Assembly (NCBI GenBank): GCA_035221665.1
Contig: CM069159.1
Location: forward strand, 17,918,001 to 17,982,000
Source of the DNA: Okamejei kenojei
Taxonomy: Eukaryota
Length of the DNA stretch: 64,000 nucleotides
Reading direction: 5' to 3'
Below, in pieces: positions 51,873 to 64,000 of this stretch. The number at the start of each line of letters is the position of its first letter. The first letter of the stretch is position 1. Under the pieces are notes generated by a model, which was not told the DNA's origin, did no database searches, and was given only the letters and a program-made list of their open reading frames with translations. The translations under genes and the position numbers were made by a program.

Positions 51873-52459
51873 CATCTAAAACCCATCATTTGTACTCCAC
51901 ATCCTTTTCCTCCTTATAAATTTCCAGTCCATTCAGAACCTCCACTGAGACCAGCAGTCACTGATTTCTTGGTGAAACCTCGGCTCTGCCCTCTGACCCC
52001 ACGAGTAGATTTGCCATTTGGCTTCTGAATGGCCACTAATCTTCTCTTACAACCTTATCTATTCACAGCACATAAGGTATTTTGGATCTCTTTGTATCTC
52101 TGCTGACAATATCCTCACTCTACACCTCTAATTCTATTTAAGCTTCCCTTCAGAACTTCATCAATCTGGTTTTCACTGGTGTTAATAACCTGACATTTGT
52201 CAGATGCTCTTTTATTTCTCCTGTGTACAATGGAGAACCGTTAGACTGGAGATATCGAAATGTGTGTGTCATTCAGGATCACCATTTTAAAGTTCATTGT
52301 CTTATTAATTTTGGAAATTTCTGGACTTCCCTACTCATTGCTTTGTGCAGTAGCGGTGATCAACATATGTAGGCACAAAATGCTGGAGTAACGCAGTGGG
52401 ACAGGCAGCATCTCTGGAGAGAAGGAATAAGTGATCATACTGTATGTATAATGACTGAG

Positions 52460-52707
52460 TAATATAGGCTCTTTGGTCAACTGAGTCGACATTGACTTTC
52501 ATTTACTGTAATCCTACACTAATCCCATTTTATTCTCCTCACATTCCCATCAAACAACAAATTTAAGAGGTAGGAAGAAACCAGACAACCTGCAGGAACC
52601 CCATGTGGTCACTGGAAATAACTCGAAAACCCAGCTTGTACATCACCATAGATTAGGATTGAACCTGGGTTGCCAAAGCTCTGCTAAACTGTGTCGCCAT
52701 TGTGCCC
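52460..52707 (-). mobile_element. Degraded HE1-like SINE
   Basis: aggattgaacctgggt...gtgtcgccattgtgccc head. Confidence 0.6.
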
Positions 52708-55184
52708 TAATCTGTATCCTCAATATGGAATTACTGATAGGTTAAGACTACTCACGGCTAACTTATCTAACTTAAATGATTCCATCCATCTTTTTTACAT
52801 TATCCCTGCTCTTTCAAATTCCACTGTTGAAGTTATCACTAATTCCACCCACTCACAATTTGTCATCCACTTTAACAGTTTGTGTTGCTGTAATTTTTCA
52901 TTTCCTTCACTTTCTCTTTTGTGGCAAAGATGTTGTTTTAGTACAGACCTGTAAATTAATGGCATGTTTTAATGTTAACACCTATTGGGTGAGTTTAACT
53001 ACTTGACTGCAGTGTCAATGCCAGTGAAAGTAGTTAATTAAAGAGTGTTGAGAAGTGTTTTGCAATTCAGAAGGTAGATTGACCATTGTACATAATTAGT
53101 ACTCAATCGATGAAATTACAATTAAATACTAAGAATAATTCTGGAATTGTAGTGACCTGCACTTGATGACTTAATGTGGCCAGACGAGAAGCATAGAAAC
53201 ATTGAAAGTAGGTGTTGGAGGAGGCCATTCGGCCCTTCGAGCCAGCACCGCCATTCATTGTGATCATGGCTGATCGTCCCCAAACTAGTGTCATCAAGAT
53301 TGCAGCTTGGATAACTGATTGTCGTATAATCCTGCCTCCCTCGCTCTCAGGGGACATGATCCATTACCTATTGTCACAGTCATTGATTGAGGCATACTGT
53401 TTTGTGCACGCTGAAGCTCCAATGCAGAATTCCAACAAAAAACACAGACTTTTCCAGCCTTCCATGCTACAGTTTTCTGGCAGGTATGATTAAAGTACCT
53501 TTTCTCAGAGTCAGTACAAACACAGATCCATTCTCGTTTTTGTCTGTGACTGAAGTTCCTCGGAAGAAAATACATTAACCCTTTCAAGACTAATATCTTT
53601 TTCTGAAATATGTTTCCGAGGTGATTTTAAGCTGGTGTGCTATATTGAAGACAGATTTAGTGTGATTTTGATAATTTTGATTTGATTGGATTGGTTGCGC
53701 TTTCATTTGCACAGAAATTAGAAGGGGTGAATCATTTGAGCTCCTGGTTTTCAAAGTACAAATGTTTGAGACCGGAACTTGAAACAAATCTATCCTATAA
53801 TCCCAAAAGCTTGCTCCTTACAGGCATTCAAGGCTCATCCCCAAGGAATACCTTTTCAGGCAGATGAGAAATGTTTAAGTCATTAGGTTCTAAATCCTCT
53901 CTTGTTTTCGGGATTTTTGTAGGCTGTTTGTGTCGGTTTGAAGCAAGGATGACAGATGACCTGTCACGTCATTAATACCATATAGCTTTCACTGCAGATG
54001 TACTTCACAAAAATCCTGGCCTCGGAACCAAAGCAATCCTTTAGTTTCTAGCTCTTTATGTTTCCACGTCACTGACCTGGCATCCTGGGCAGCAGCATGT
54101 TAAACAAGAGCTGTTTGCGGAGTCGGCTGGTGCAAGTTTAATGACATTGCTGCTCTACACCTCATGACAACCAGCGGAAAAAAATTGTTAAAGCCAATTG
54201 TAAGATCCAGAGCAACTGCAGCTGAAAAATAGACCTGGGAGAAGAACAAGATTGATACCGCGTGCTGCGAATGAAGGAGTTGCCATTGCCAACTGTGAGG
54301 TCAATAACAAACTAAAGTGGAAGCCACAACAGGTCTCCCAGGCTAATGTTTCCAAGATGTCCAACAGAAGCTAAAGGATAAAATACATTTATTGATGGGA
54401 AAAAATAGGTTATCTGTATTGTTGTTTTTCACTTTTATTTTCTCCCAGGCCACGGAATGTCAAAATGGTTCATCTATCAGGCTGGTCGTATTGTCCTAAC
54501 AACTGTTCAAATGCTCAAGGAATAAGGTACACAGTTGGAGTAGTGTCACCTAGGTGATGTATACTTTTTCAGTCTCCCAAGCAGAATAATTTGGTTATCG
54601 TGCAAAGCTCAGTGCATTGAAATGCCGCAGCCTGACAAAACTCATCAAGCTTAAGCCTTATAAAGTCTGAATGACAAGTAGATCTTGAATTTGACTCCTG
54701 ATCTTGTGGAATTATTGTCTATTCATCCATGGAGCTCGATTCCTTCAGTATAGATTTACCCTTCAACATTATTTCTGACCCTTTCAGTGATACCGTTCAA
54801 AAATCCATGTCAGATTCTGTCTGTTAGACTCTGTCTGTTTTACGGGACACTTGATTTGCAGCTGTAGGGTTTTTATTTTTATTGAGCACTTTGGTCTTGC
54901 GGGTGTTGTGTAGCATAAAAGGTTTACCCAGCTGAATTGTGTTTTTATTATCTGGTTGCCTGAACTGAATCCGATGTCACCTGGTTCAAGTCGGGTCAGC
55001 TCTGAACTGAATTATGTCCTTGTGTTCAGGCTGGATTGTTTCCAGGTTCGTGGTCTGGAGGGGACACTGAGGAATGAAACTTGGAACGGGACCAGACCAG
55101 GCAGATTGAGCAGCATGGTGGTGTAGCTAGGGGAGCTGCAAACTCTCTCGGACTTTCACAAATGTATCCTCTGTGTCCCATAAA

Positions 55185-56200
55185 AACGTGGGTTCCCCCC
55201 TTGTCATAATTGAGACCCTCACACATGTCTCCTCTGTGTCCTGTAGTTCTGCTCTTGTTCCACATTTCCCCCCCCCCCCCCCCCCCCCACCCCACCCCAG
55301 ACGCAACAAGGACAGAGTTCCCGTGGTCTTCACCTTTCACCCCACCACACCTCCACATCCAACACATCCTCCCGACTTTTCCGTCACCTCCTACGGTTTC
55401 CCACCGCTAATCACATCTTCCCATCTCAACCCTTTTGCTCCTTCTGCAGAGACTGCTCCCTCCGCAACTCCTTGGCTCACTCAACCCTTCCCACCCAAAC
55501 CATCGCCTCCCCAGGTTACCTTCCCCTTACAACCGCAGGACACGCAACGCCTGTAGTTATACCACCTCCCTCACTTTTATCCAGGTACCATGACCGTCCT
55601 ATCAGGTGAGACAAGAGGTTCACATGCACCTCCGCTAATCTCATCTACTGCATCCACTGTTCTTGATATGGATTCCTGTACAGCGAGACCAAGCGTCGAC
55701 TCCGGTTGCCAACCGTTTCAACCCTAACTCCCCATTTCATTCCCATGCTGACCTTTCAGTCCTGGATCTCCTCCATTTCCAGACGGAGGCCAAATTGGTA
55801 GGAACCGCACCTCATAGTATCTTGGTATCTTACAACCAGGCAGTCTGAAGTTGAATTGTCTAATTTTAAGAAACTTCTACCTACAATCCCCTCTCCTGAC
55901 CACCCCCCCCCCCCCCCCCCTCATTCCACCCTCGCACACTCAGTTCTCCACATTGTATTGCTCCTGAATTCACACCTTCCCCAGCCAACAACAGGCCCAC
56001 CAAGGCACCACTCTGCCTGAGGACAGTAGTGGCTTACCCAGATTACTCCTGGTTCTTTCTAGCCTCCAGTTCTTCACCATCCTTGCTTCCCCCACCTTTT
56101 CCACACCCTCTAGTTTCAGTCTGAAGAAGCGTCCCTTCCTGAAACATCACCTATGCTTTTTCTCTGGAGATGCTGCCTGACCCGCAGAGTTACTCTAGCA
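55185..56200 (+). mobile_element. Degraded Penelope-like element, 3' part
   Basis: RNKDRVPVVFTFHP, GIY-YIG remnant, and terminal repeat at ~56117-56200. Confidence 0.85.
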
Positions 56201-57604
56201 CTGGGGTTCAATCCTGACTTCCCGTGCTGTTCGTGTGGAATGTGTGTGTAGCTGCACGGGGTTCCACTGGGAACTTCAACGTCCTCAGCATAACGCAAGG
56301 TGATGGAGTCACTCTGTGGGACAGGCAGCATCTCCAGAGGACATGGATAGGCAACGTATTGGGTTGGTACCTTTCTTCAGGCTGATTACAATTCAGATTA
56401 TAAATCCTGACTCTTGGAGTAATAATTCCCGACATCTGTCAACTATTTCCCCCTTCTTTAAGGCATCACTTAAGACTTCTTTGGCTATCTGCCTTGATAT
56501 ATCCTGTTGTTTTTCCCTTGATAATGGTTCTATGAGACAGCATGTAGATTTTGCTCCATTAAACTGGCTACATAAATAAAACCTGTTGTTTGTTTTGTTC
56601 AAATCTCTGTAGATCAAATAACCTGTAGGAACAGCTACAGGTACTAATAGAAGATCTACGTCCATTAGAATAACGTCGCTTTTTGTGGCTTCGACAACAG
56701 GCTCAATTTATAAAGTGCTATACCACTAATATAAATGTTAGAAATATGTTGGTACTATCTAAGTTCTTTAATCACAGAAACAGGGGCACTTGTGGTGTTA
56801 AAATAGCCTTTTGAAGTTGTGCCAGTTCTTTCAAATAGCATGCACACCGCACATCTGTCCTATATTGTACCACTTAAATAAAAGAATCAGAATTAGGCTT
56901 TGTGGAAATAAGAAAAAAAATTACAACAGTTTCAATGATACAATAGATACAATAGTGCTTTATTTGTCACCGTGAATTTTTTTTGCCTTTATTACACATA
57001 CTATTATTCAAAGTCCAGTCGGCCAACAACCCACCATGTTGCAATGATACTTGAATCCAAACACCTAGTGGCTCGAAATAGGATTTGTTCCGAACTGTAT
57101 TTTCAGTGCCAGTTGTGCATCAGTTTTACCCTGAATGGATCACAGTAGAATCACTTCTGGATAAGGCGGTTTCCATAGTAAAACTCAGTCGGGCACTTCT
57201 ATCAACCACATGAGCATACTTGATGATCGCCTTGCACCCGATGCACAAGTTGTGTCATCACCTTGCCTATTTTTAATCGCCTTAACATTCTTCTTCTTAT
57301 CGTGTCCACAAACAAGATTAGAAGTTGTTCAGCCAGAACTGAACACACTTCTCTGCATCTGCATACAATGGTGTCTGTCTTATCACTTCTTGTGCTTCTT
57401 GTGTGTGGTGGTGTAAAGATTGGTGGAAACAGGGCCGCGACGTGAATGCTCTTTCCTTGACCGCCTCCTTATTATTAATGAAAACTCAATGGTGCAATCT
57501 GTGGATAATATAGAAATGTCTCCGTTAGTTATTTTCCTTGCTCTGTAAAGGAAAAAGTCTGTTGACATTGGGAGATTTGACTGCAGCTTCAGAACTGAAT
57601 TCAC

Positions 57605-57965
57605 TTAGTCGTAGAGTTGTCGAGTGATACAGTACGGAAACAGGCCATTTTGCCCAAGTCATCCATGCTGACCAAGGTGCCCCCGTTTCTCCATTATCCC
57701 TCTAAAGCTTTCATATTCATGTTTCTGTCCAAATGTCTTATAAAAGTTGTTTTAGTATCTGCCTTAACTGCCTCCTCTGGCAGCTTGTTCCAGATAACCA
57801 CCAATCTCGGGTGCCCCCGAGCTTCCTATTAAATCTTGTTCCTCTCACCTTAAACCTTTGACCCCTATCTTTTATTATTCCCCTGAATAATATATTGAGC
57901 TTTCACCCTATTCCCCTCACGATGTCATACACGTTTATAAGGTCACCCCTCAGCCTCCTGCGCTC
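57605..57965 (-). mobile_element. CR1/HER1 3' end
   Basis: ggaaacaggcc...tttataaggtcacccctcagcctcctgcgctc. Confidence 0.75.
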
Positions 57966-59564
57966 TCCAAAAAATTGCTTGTGCAATAATATTCCATATT
58001 TCCTCACCAGATACACAAATGATTTGATTGCTTTACTTCAAACATAACCGTTAATTGTGCGGTGATATGAAGTACATTACCAGTTCCTGCCCTTTGCCAT
58101 GTCAAACTCTGCCTCTCTTCATCTTCTCTGTGTGGGTTGGAAGGTAAATGAAATGGGATCGTGCAGTTTGGAATAAGTTCCAAATTGGGACTTTGATAAA
58201 AAAAACAATTAAATATCCCATTGGTAATTTTACTTTGAGGATGCAGAGATTCCTTTTGTGGAGAAAAACATTGATATAAAAGCAAGTCCTTTCTGAATAT
58301 GAAGTGGTGGTGTAAATGTACATTATCTTTTGTGTAAATATGAATAGGCTACATGATGTTGGATGATTAATATGAATTGGATGCTTAAGTTAAAGATGAC
58401 AATTCCTTTTGAAGTTTTGTCATGGCACCAGGCTTCTGCTTAATACAGTGCACATAACCTTGAATGCCATTGCAGCATTTTTTCTTAATTAATTTGCTTT
58501 AAAATTTTAAATGCCATCGTTGTTTCCTAAATTGTCTTGCAAGCGAGCTAGGAATCTCTAGCTCTCTGGATTCTTGGCTCTTTGCCGGCTCTCCTCTGTG
58601 ATCTATTGATGCAAAAGTTGGTGGCGTTACATCTAATAAGAACAATTTATCTGTGTCTTAAAATGCGCGTGGCCTTAAAACCTTGTCCTGTACGTTACAC
58701 ATTATTTAAAGTAGCAATATAGCATTTAACAGTGTTGACGGATGAGGGGAAATACGGTAATGTGTACACTTGTAACAGAACACTGAGCAATTAAAAATTA
58801 ATAAGGATCACAGCTACTATTTAAAAAAGGGCTACAGCAAAAAGTAAATGTTGTTTGGGGAAGTACAATATGTGCTCAACAAGAGATTTGGCAGCAGATC
58901 TAATTAGTTCTAACAGAAAATTAATCAGCCTAATTATGGACATCGTTAACATAAAACAAGGAAAGAAAAACAATGTGTAACACTGGGAGCACAAAGGGAC
59001 ATCTTTCAGCAGAGATTTTTCAAGAGTTCTTCAGGAGACGCTGTAAGCATTACAGTCAGTAACCACAAACAATAAGCTAATGCCTGAATGCACTTAGCCT
59101 TATTCCGTGCATTTTATTTTATTTCTTTTGCCCTCTAGTACACATTTGTACTTGTCATGTCAACTCCCCGATCTGATAGCAAGATTCCAATTAGTAATTG
59201 ATGATACTAAATGTGCAGAATCTGCATAACTAAATGAGCTGGTGCCAGACTGAGGTGAGGACTTGTATTAATCACTGTACTGGGGACGGGGACGGAGGGA
59301 GGACGGAGCGGGAGGGCCTACTTCTGTTGTCTCATTACTTAAAGCGATATTGTCAAGGCGATAAGAACAGCTCATTACTGAGACTGAGCTGAAAGAAGCC
59401 GCAATGTTAACCAATAATCTCCAGCATGCTTTTGTTTTACACAAATTTAAAATTGCCCTTAAAATGATAAACGAGATTGATGCATTGCACAGTGGCACAC
59501 GTAATGGCTGATTGTGGTTCTTGGTAGTTTCTCTTCCACACAAGGCCCTGCACAGTCACCACAG

Positions 59565-59890
59565 GAGTCATTGAGTGATACAGCATTGAAACAGGCCTTT
59601 CGGCCTAACTTGCCACCACCGGCCAACATGTCCCATCTACACTAGTCCCACCTGCCTGCATTTGGCCCATATCCCTCCAAGCCTGCCCTATCCTTGCACC
59701 TGTCTAAATGTTTCTTAAACGTTACGATAATACCTGCCTCATAATACGATAATACATTTCTTAAACGTTAAGATAATACCTAAATGTTTCTTAAACCTTA
59801 CGATAATATCTTACCTCCTCTGGCAGCTCGTTCCATACATACATCCACCACCCTTCGTGTGAAAAAGTTACCCCTCTGGTTGCTTTTTAA
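59565..59890 (-). mobile_element. CR1/HER1 3' end with internal ~30-bp triplication
   Basis: gaaacaggcctttcggcc...; tttcttaaac(g/c)tta(c/a)gataata occurs three times within 59705-59810. Confidence 0.85.
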
Positions 59891-60014
59891 AATTTTACGG
59901 CCAGCTTTAATCATCTGATAACATCAGCTTGCCTTTGATCCCTGATGTATTTAGGTTCTCCATATGCATTGGCACATAACCCAGGATGAGACTCCTGATT
60001 AGCATCGAAAGTGT

Positions 60015-60215
60015 GTGGTGTCCTATGGCTACTTTCAGAGAAAGGGCAAATATCTTGGTCAATAGTTTGCCCTCAGTCAATACCATGAAGAGAAGATGAA
60101 CTATTTATTCACTGAATTAGCTTGCTTAAGGGCCTTCACTACATGCTTTGACTGCACTTGCAAGGTAATGAAAAAGCAGCAAACTACTTTGGGATGCCAG
60201 GCATGTCAATGGCAC
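60015..60215 (+). mobile_element. Ancient Deu-domain SINE remnant (SacSINE1/AmnSINE-like)
   Basis: Blocks tcctatggctactttcagagaaagggc, tcttggtcaatagtttgccctcagtcaatacca, tgactgcacttgcaaggta and ctttgggatgcc are collinear with the Deu consensus as I recall it; not aligned computationally. Confidence 0.45.
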
Positions 60216-60661
60216 TACCACTGTGACAACTGGGAAATTTAAATTGAAATAATTAGCTGAATCCAAAAACATAAGGTTAGAATTGATGAATAACGAAATT
60301 GTCTTAAACCTCAGTAAAATGTAGACACAAGGTACTGCAAATGCTGATCTACAATAAAAGACAACCTCCTCCCCCCCTTTATTTCCCCTTCCTTGAATCT
60401 CACCTCTGCTGAGCAGCCATATCACCCTTTCACCCGGCCTCCAGTCCACAACATTAATATCAATGTGACCTCCCCACTCAGTCACTCAGTACCTATCCAC
60501 ACCTCTTGTACTCCACCAAGTGGTGAAAGGGATGCCCCATTTCCTCTGCTCGACACTCACATACACTCAATCCGTGATCCAATGTCTGATCTACCCACAG
60601 GCCTAATCAGCCATGGGACCTGTGTCAGGAAATGGAACACTTTTTTTTGTGTTAGCAAAAA

Positions 60662-60985
60662 TGACTTAGTTTAGTTTAGATTAGTTCAGTTTAGATACAG
60701 CTCGGAAACAGGCCTTTCGCCCACCGAGTCCGCACTGACCAACGATCCCCGCACACTAACACTATCCTAAACAAACTCAGGACAATTTACATTTATACCT
60801 AGCCAATTAACCTACAAACCTGTACGCCTTTGAAATGTGGGAGGAAAACAGAAGATCTCGGAGAAAACCCACGCAGGTCACAGGGAAAACGTTCAAACTC
60901 CATACGGACAAGCACCTGCAGTCAGAATCGAACCCGGGTCTCTGGCGCTGTAAGGCAGTAGCTCTACTGTGACACCGTGCTGCCC
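60662..60985 (-). mobile_element. HE1-like SINE, well preserved
   Basis: (ttagt)n tail, V-domain, gaatcgaacccgggtctctggcgctg and head. Confidence 0.9.
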
Positions 60986-61869
60986 AAACTGCTGGAGTAG
61001 CTCAGCGGGTCAGACAGAATCTCAGGAGAACATGGATTGGTGATGTTTCAGGTTGGGACCCTTCTTCAGACTTTTGCACGCCAGCATTTGCTGTTCCTTG
61101 TTACTACTTCAATTGACCATCTCACTTTGAATGTGAATAATATGTTGTTAAGTTTTAAATCTCCCACTTTGACAACAGAGTCAACTCTTTTCCTAATATT
61201 ATCATAGCCCCATTTCTTCTGCTTGCTTTCTCGCTTTACCTTTAATTGCAATCGGTCAGTTTCTATGTTCTGCATCAGAACGGCACTGTTAACAAGAGAA
61301 GGAGAATTGAGGTTACGGCAGAGTTCAGTTAGCAAGGCAGCACAGACATAGCTCCAGTGACCAGACTGCTCAGTGCAGATCCCGAGAGGATATTGGAACA
61401 AAAGCCCCATCCTTTATGATTTTATGTTTGCTCTGTCTTGATCCCAATCTCTCTGGAAGAAAATGGTTGGACATATAATTTGTGTCATTCTCAACAACTA
61501 TAAACCTCATCCTTTCAGAAAAATCACTCAAAATAAAATCAAAATTTTGCAAGCCATTAGGTTGAATAGGCATATCAACAAAAGTCTGTCAATTAATTAT
61601 GAAATCATGCTTGCACACATAATCATAGAGCCTCACATTTTGGAAATTATATTTGTATGCAGGTTTGCTGCTGGAGGCTGGATTGGACTTCCTTCAAGGA
61701 TACAAAAAGCCATTGGAAAATTGCTTTCCTCTGGCATCAACCTCTGCAAAACATTGATTTAAGTTTGGGTTTTCTGGCTGTTTTGCCTCTGATGATGGTA
61801 CGAGCCAAATTTACTTTCAGGCCTGGACTCGTGTTTGTTTTCAATGCTCCAACATAAGCTGAAAAGGAC

Positions 61870-62288
61870 ACAGTCAAGACTTATGAAGATATTGCCAGGA
61901 CTTGAGGGCCTGAGATATATGGAGAGGTATGATAGCCTCTGACTTTATTGCGATTGAGGAATTATCTTCTCGAAGTGTATCAAATCTCAAAATGCACACA
62001 ATCTTTTTCCCAGAATTGGGGAACCAAGATCTAGAGAACATTGGTTTAAGGTGAGCGTGGAAAGATTTAATAGGAAACTGAGGGGTAACAAAGCTAAGAG
62101 GGAACGATGTGCCGGAGAAAATGGTTGAAGCAGGTACATTAACGACTTTTAAAAGACATTTGGATAGGCACATGCATAGGAAAGGTGAAGAGTGATATTG
62201 GTCAAACACAGGCAAATGGAACTGGGGCAATTTGGTCAACATGAAGAAGGTGGATAGAAGGGCCTTTTTCCATGCTGCATGACTCTAT
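61870..62288 (+). mobile_element. Degraded CR1/HER1 3' end
   Basis: ttgccaggacttgagggcctgag...ctagagaacattggtttaaggtgag plus tail. Confidence 0.8.
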
Positions 62289-63599
62289 TTGAACAAAGCT
62301 CATTTATTCATCATACTTGAGTTTCAATGTGTGCAGAGCAACTGCGGGAGAATAATGTGGGCCAAGTAACATACAGTTCTACCCAATTTCCATTGTCATC
62401 CTCACATCTTATTAAAAAATGCTTCTGCCTACACTGATAGATTCCAAGTCTGGCTGTTTGTTTATCTTGAAAATGTTTGCCAACTTCATTCTATCGTAAC
62501 TTTCTACAAAAGGAAAGTTTCAATGCCAATGTCACGCTGTGGAAACACACTCATAAGCGGTGTTTTGTTTTTAATTTATTGGATTGCATGGTCCCTCAAC
62601 TTGTATCTTTTTCCGAGAAATAATGGCAAATAAAGATACGTAATGACAGTGTACATCAAAGAGGCCACTGCATATAATGACATTGTATTTAACCCTACCA
62701 ACTGTAAACATAAATATATTTACATTGAGGTAAAACTGAAGAATTAAATGCATGGGCCTCCAAATTCTACCAGACTCAATAGGTTGTGTCTGAGTGGTGT
62801 TAATGTGATGTTGCAAATATTATTTTTATGTTGTCCTTCGGCCCACTACATAGAGGCAACAAATCAAGTGTTGCCGTTTATTGCAAATGAAAATGTGGTA
62901 CTTGGTTTTCTTTTCCAAGGCCGGGTTTAGAATATCGCCAATGGTCACCATGAGACAATATGAGAGGCAATGTATGAGAGACTGAAGCCTAGATATTGAG
63001 GTGGCAGGGTAGGTTTGTGAGGGGGAGTTGAGTAGGAAGAGTGCCGTGAGATGTGGAGGGAAGGGAAAGTGATCAGATGCCCGGACATAATGAAAATAAA
63101 CAAATTTAATCGGAAGGAACTACAGATGCTAGTTTACACTGACGATAGACACAAAATGCTGGATTAACTCAGCGGGACAGGCAGCATCTCTGGAGAGAAG
63201 GAATGGTTGACTTTTCGGGTGAAGACCCTTCTTCAGACTGAAAGTGGGATATCAGACCTAGTGTGATGGTCGTTGTCGACTCAGTGGGCCGGAGGGCCTG
63301 TTTCTGTGCTACATCTTTCAATTAATTAAAACAAAGTCCACCGTGTTCTTGGAGTGACCAGTGATGGGCGCCCATGGATGATGTGGTCCAGGTTCTCTTG
63401 CAGCGCTCCCAAGATAGCGCTCCATGGTGAACAATGTAGAACGATGTAGTCTGTCACGGGAACCACATCGGGCTTGCCGAGGTGACGTGCATCAGCAAAT
63501 CCCCCGGGAAACACAAAGCATCCCAGAAGAATGAAAAAAAAACCCACTGATTTACTACAGCAAAAACTGCAAAAAAAACAAAGGTAGACAGGTAGAAAT

Positions 63600-63940
63600 A
63601 GGCCGCATTTCCTTTGATCCATAGATGCTGCCTCACACTTTGAGTTTTTCCAGCATTTATGTCTACCTTCTATTTTCCAGCATCTGCAGTTCCTTCTTAA
63701 ACATTTTGTCTACTCCACTGCAAAATCTCCTCAAGGTATGCCTACTTTGAAGAAGTTATTCTCCTCTCTCCAAAAACAGTTTAACAGCCTCCTCTCTCAC
63801 TGCCCCCCCCTCTGTGATTCCCCCTTCCCTCCAACTATAAAAGGCCTATTTCCTTCGCTCCATAGATGCTGCCTCACCTGCTGAGTTTCTCCATTTTTGT
63901 CTACCTTCGATTTTCCAGCATCTGCAGTTCCTTCTTAAAC
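63600..63940 (+). mobile_element. Tandem Penelope terminal repeats with intervening element sequence
   Basis: ~100-bp direct repeats at ~63601-63702 and ~63842-63940, both ending catctgcagttccttcttaaac. Confidence 0.8.
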
Positions 63941-64000
63941 TTCAATAAAAACAATCTGTGTTATGCAATTTAATGTATAATTATAATACCTGCAGTAAGT

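Noticed and set aside
10345-58230. Shared 14-mer aatatcccattggt
   Set aside because: Matches of this length are expected by chance in 64 kb.
3159-63940. Recurrent palindromic ~30-bp motif as CRISPR repeats or terminators
   Set aside because: The DNA is eukaryotic, the copies are dispersed in both orientations without regular spacers, and they are Penelope termini.
1-64000. The many short six-frame ORFs as host genes
   Set aside because: Recognisable ones are TE-derived or antisense to SINE/LINE/Penelope repeats (e.g. the recurring SLKKGLDPKHHPF). The rest show no domain or exon structure.

Overview
Repeat-rich, non-coding vertebrate DNA. The repeat families point to a cartilaginous fish, probably a skate or ray (inference): HE1-like tRNA/V-SINEs, HER1/CR1 LINEs, Neptune-type Penelope elements, Rex/Babar, a fish-type L1 and a Deu-SINE remnant. 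I found no host protein-coding exon, rRNA or tRNA gene, so this is probably a large intron or gene desert with several CNE-like AT-rich islands. The largest element is a 5.6-kb, 5'-truncated L1 (28102-33716) with a 12-bp TSD, nested in a CR1 tail. Three observations stand out: (1) a ~140-bp short retroposon whose 5' end folds as a minimal HDV-like ribozyme (22154-22207, minus); (2) roughly 25-30 Penelope terminal units carrying a minimal hammerhead-like core, several inserted as ~85-260 bp units with their own TSDs; (3) a perfect 26-bp inverted repeat in unique DNA (8924-8949 / 10625-10650), next to a splice-acceptor-like motif. Repeat boundaries were set by eye and are approximate unless TSD coordinates are given.
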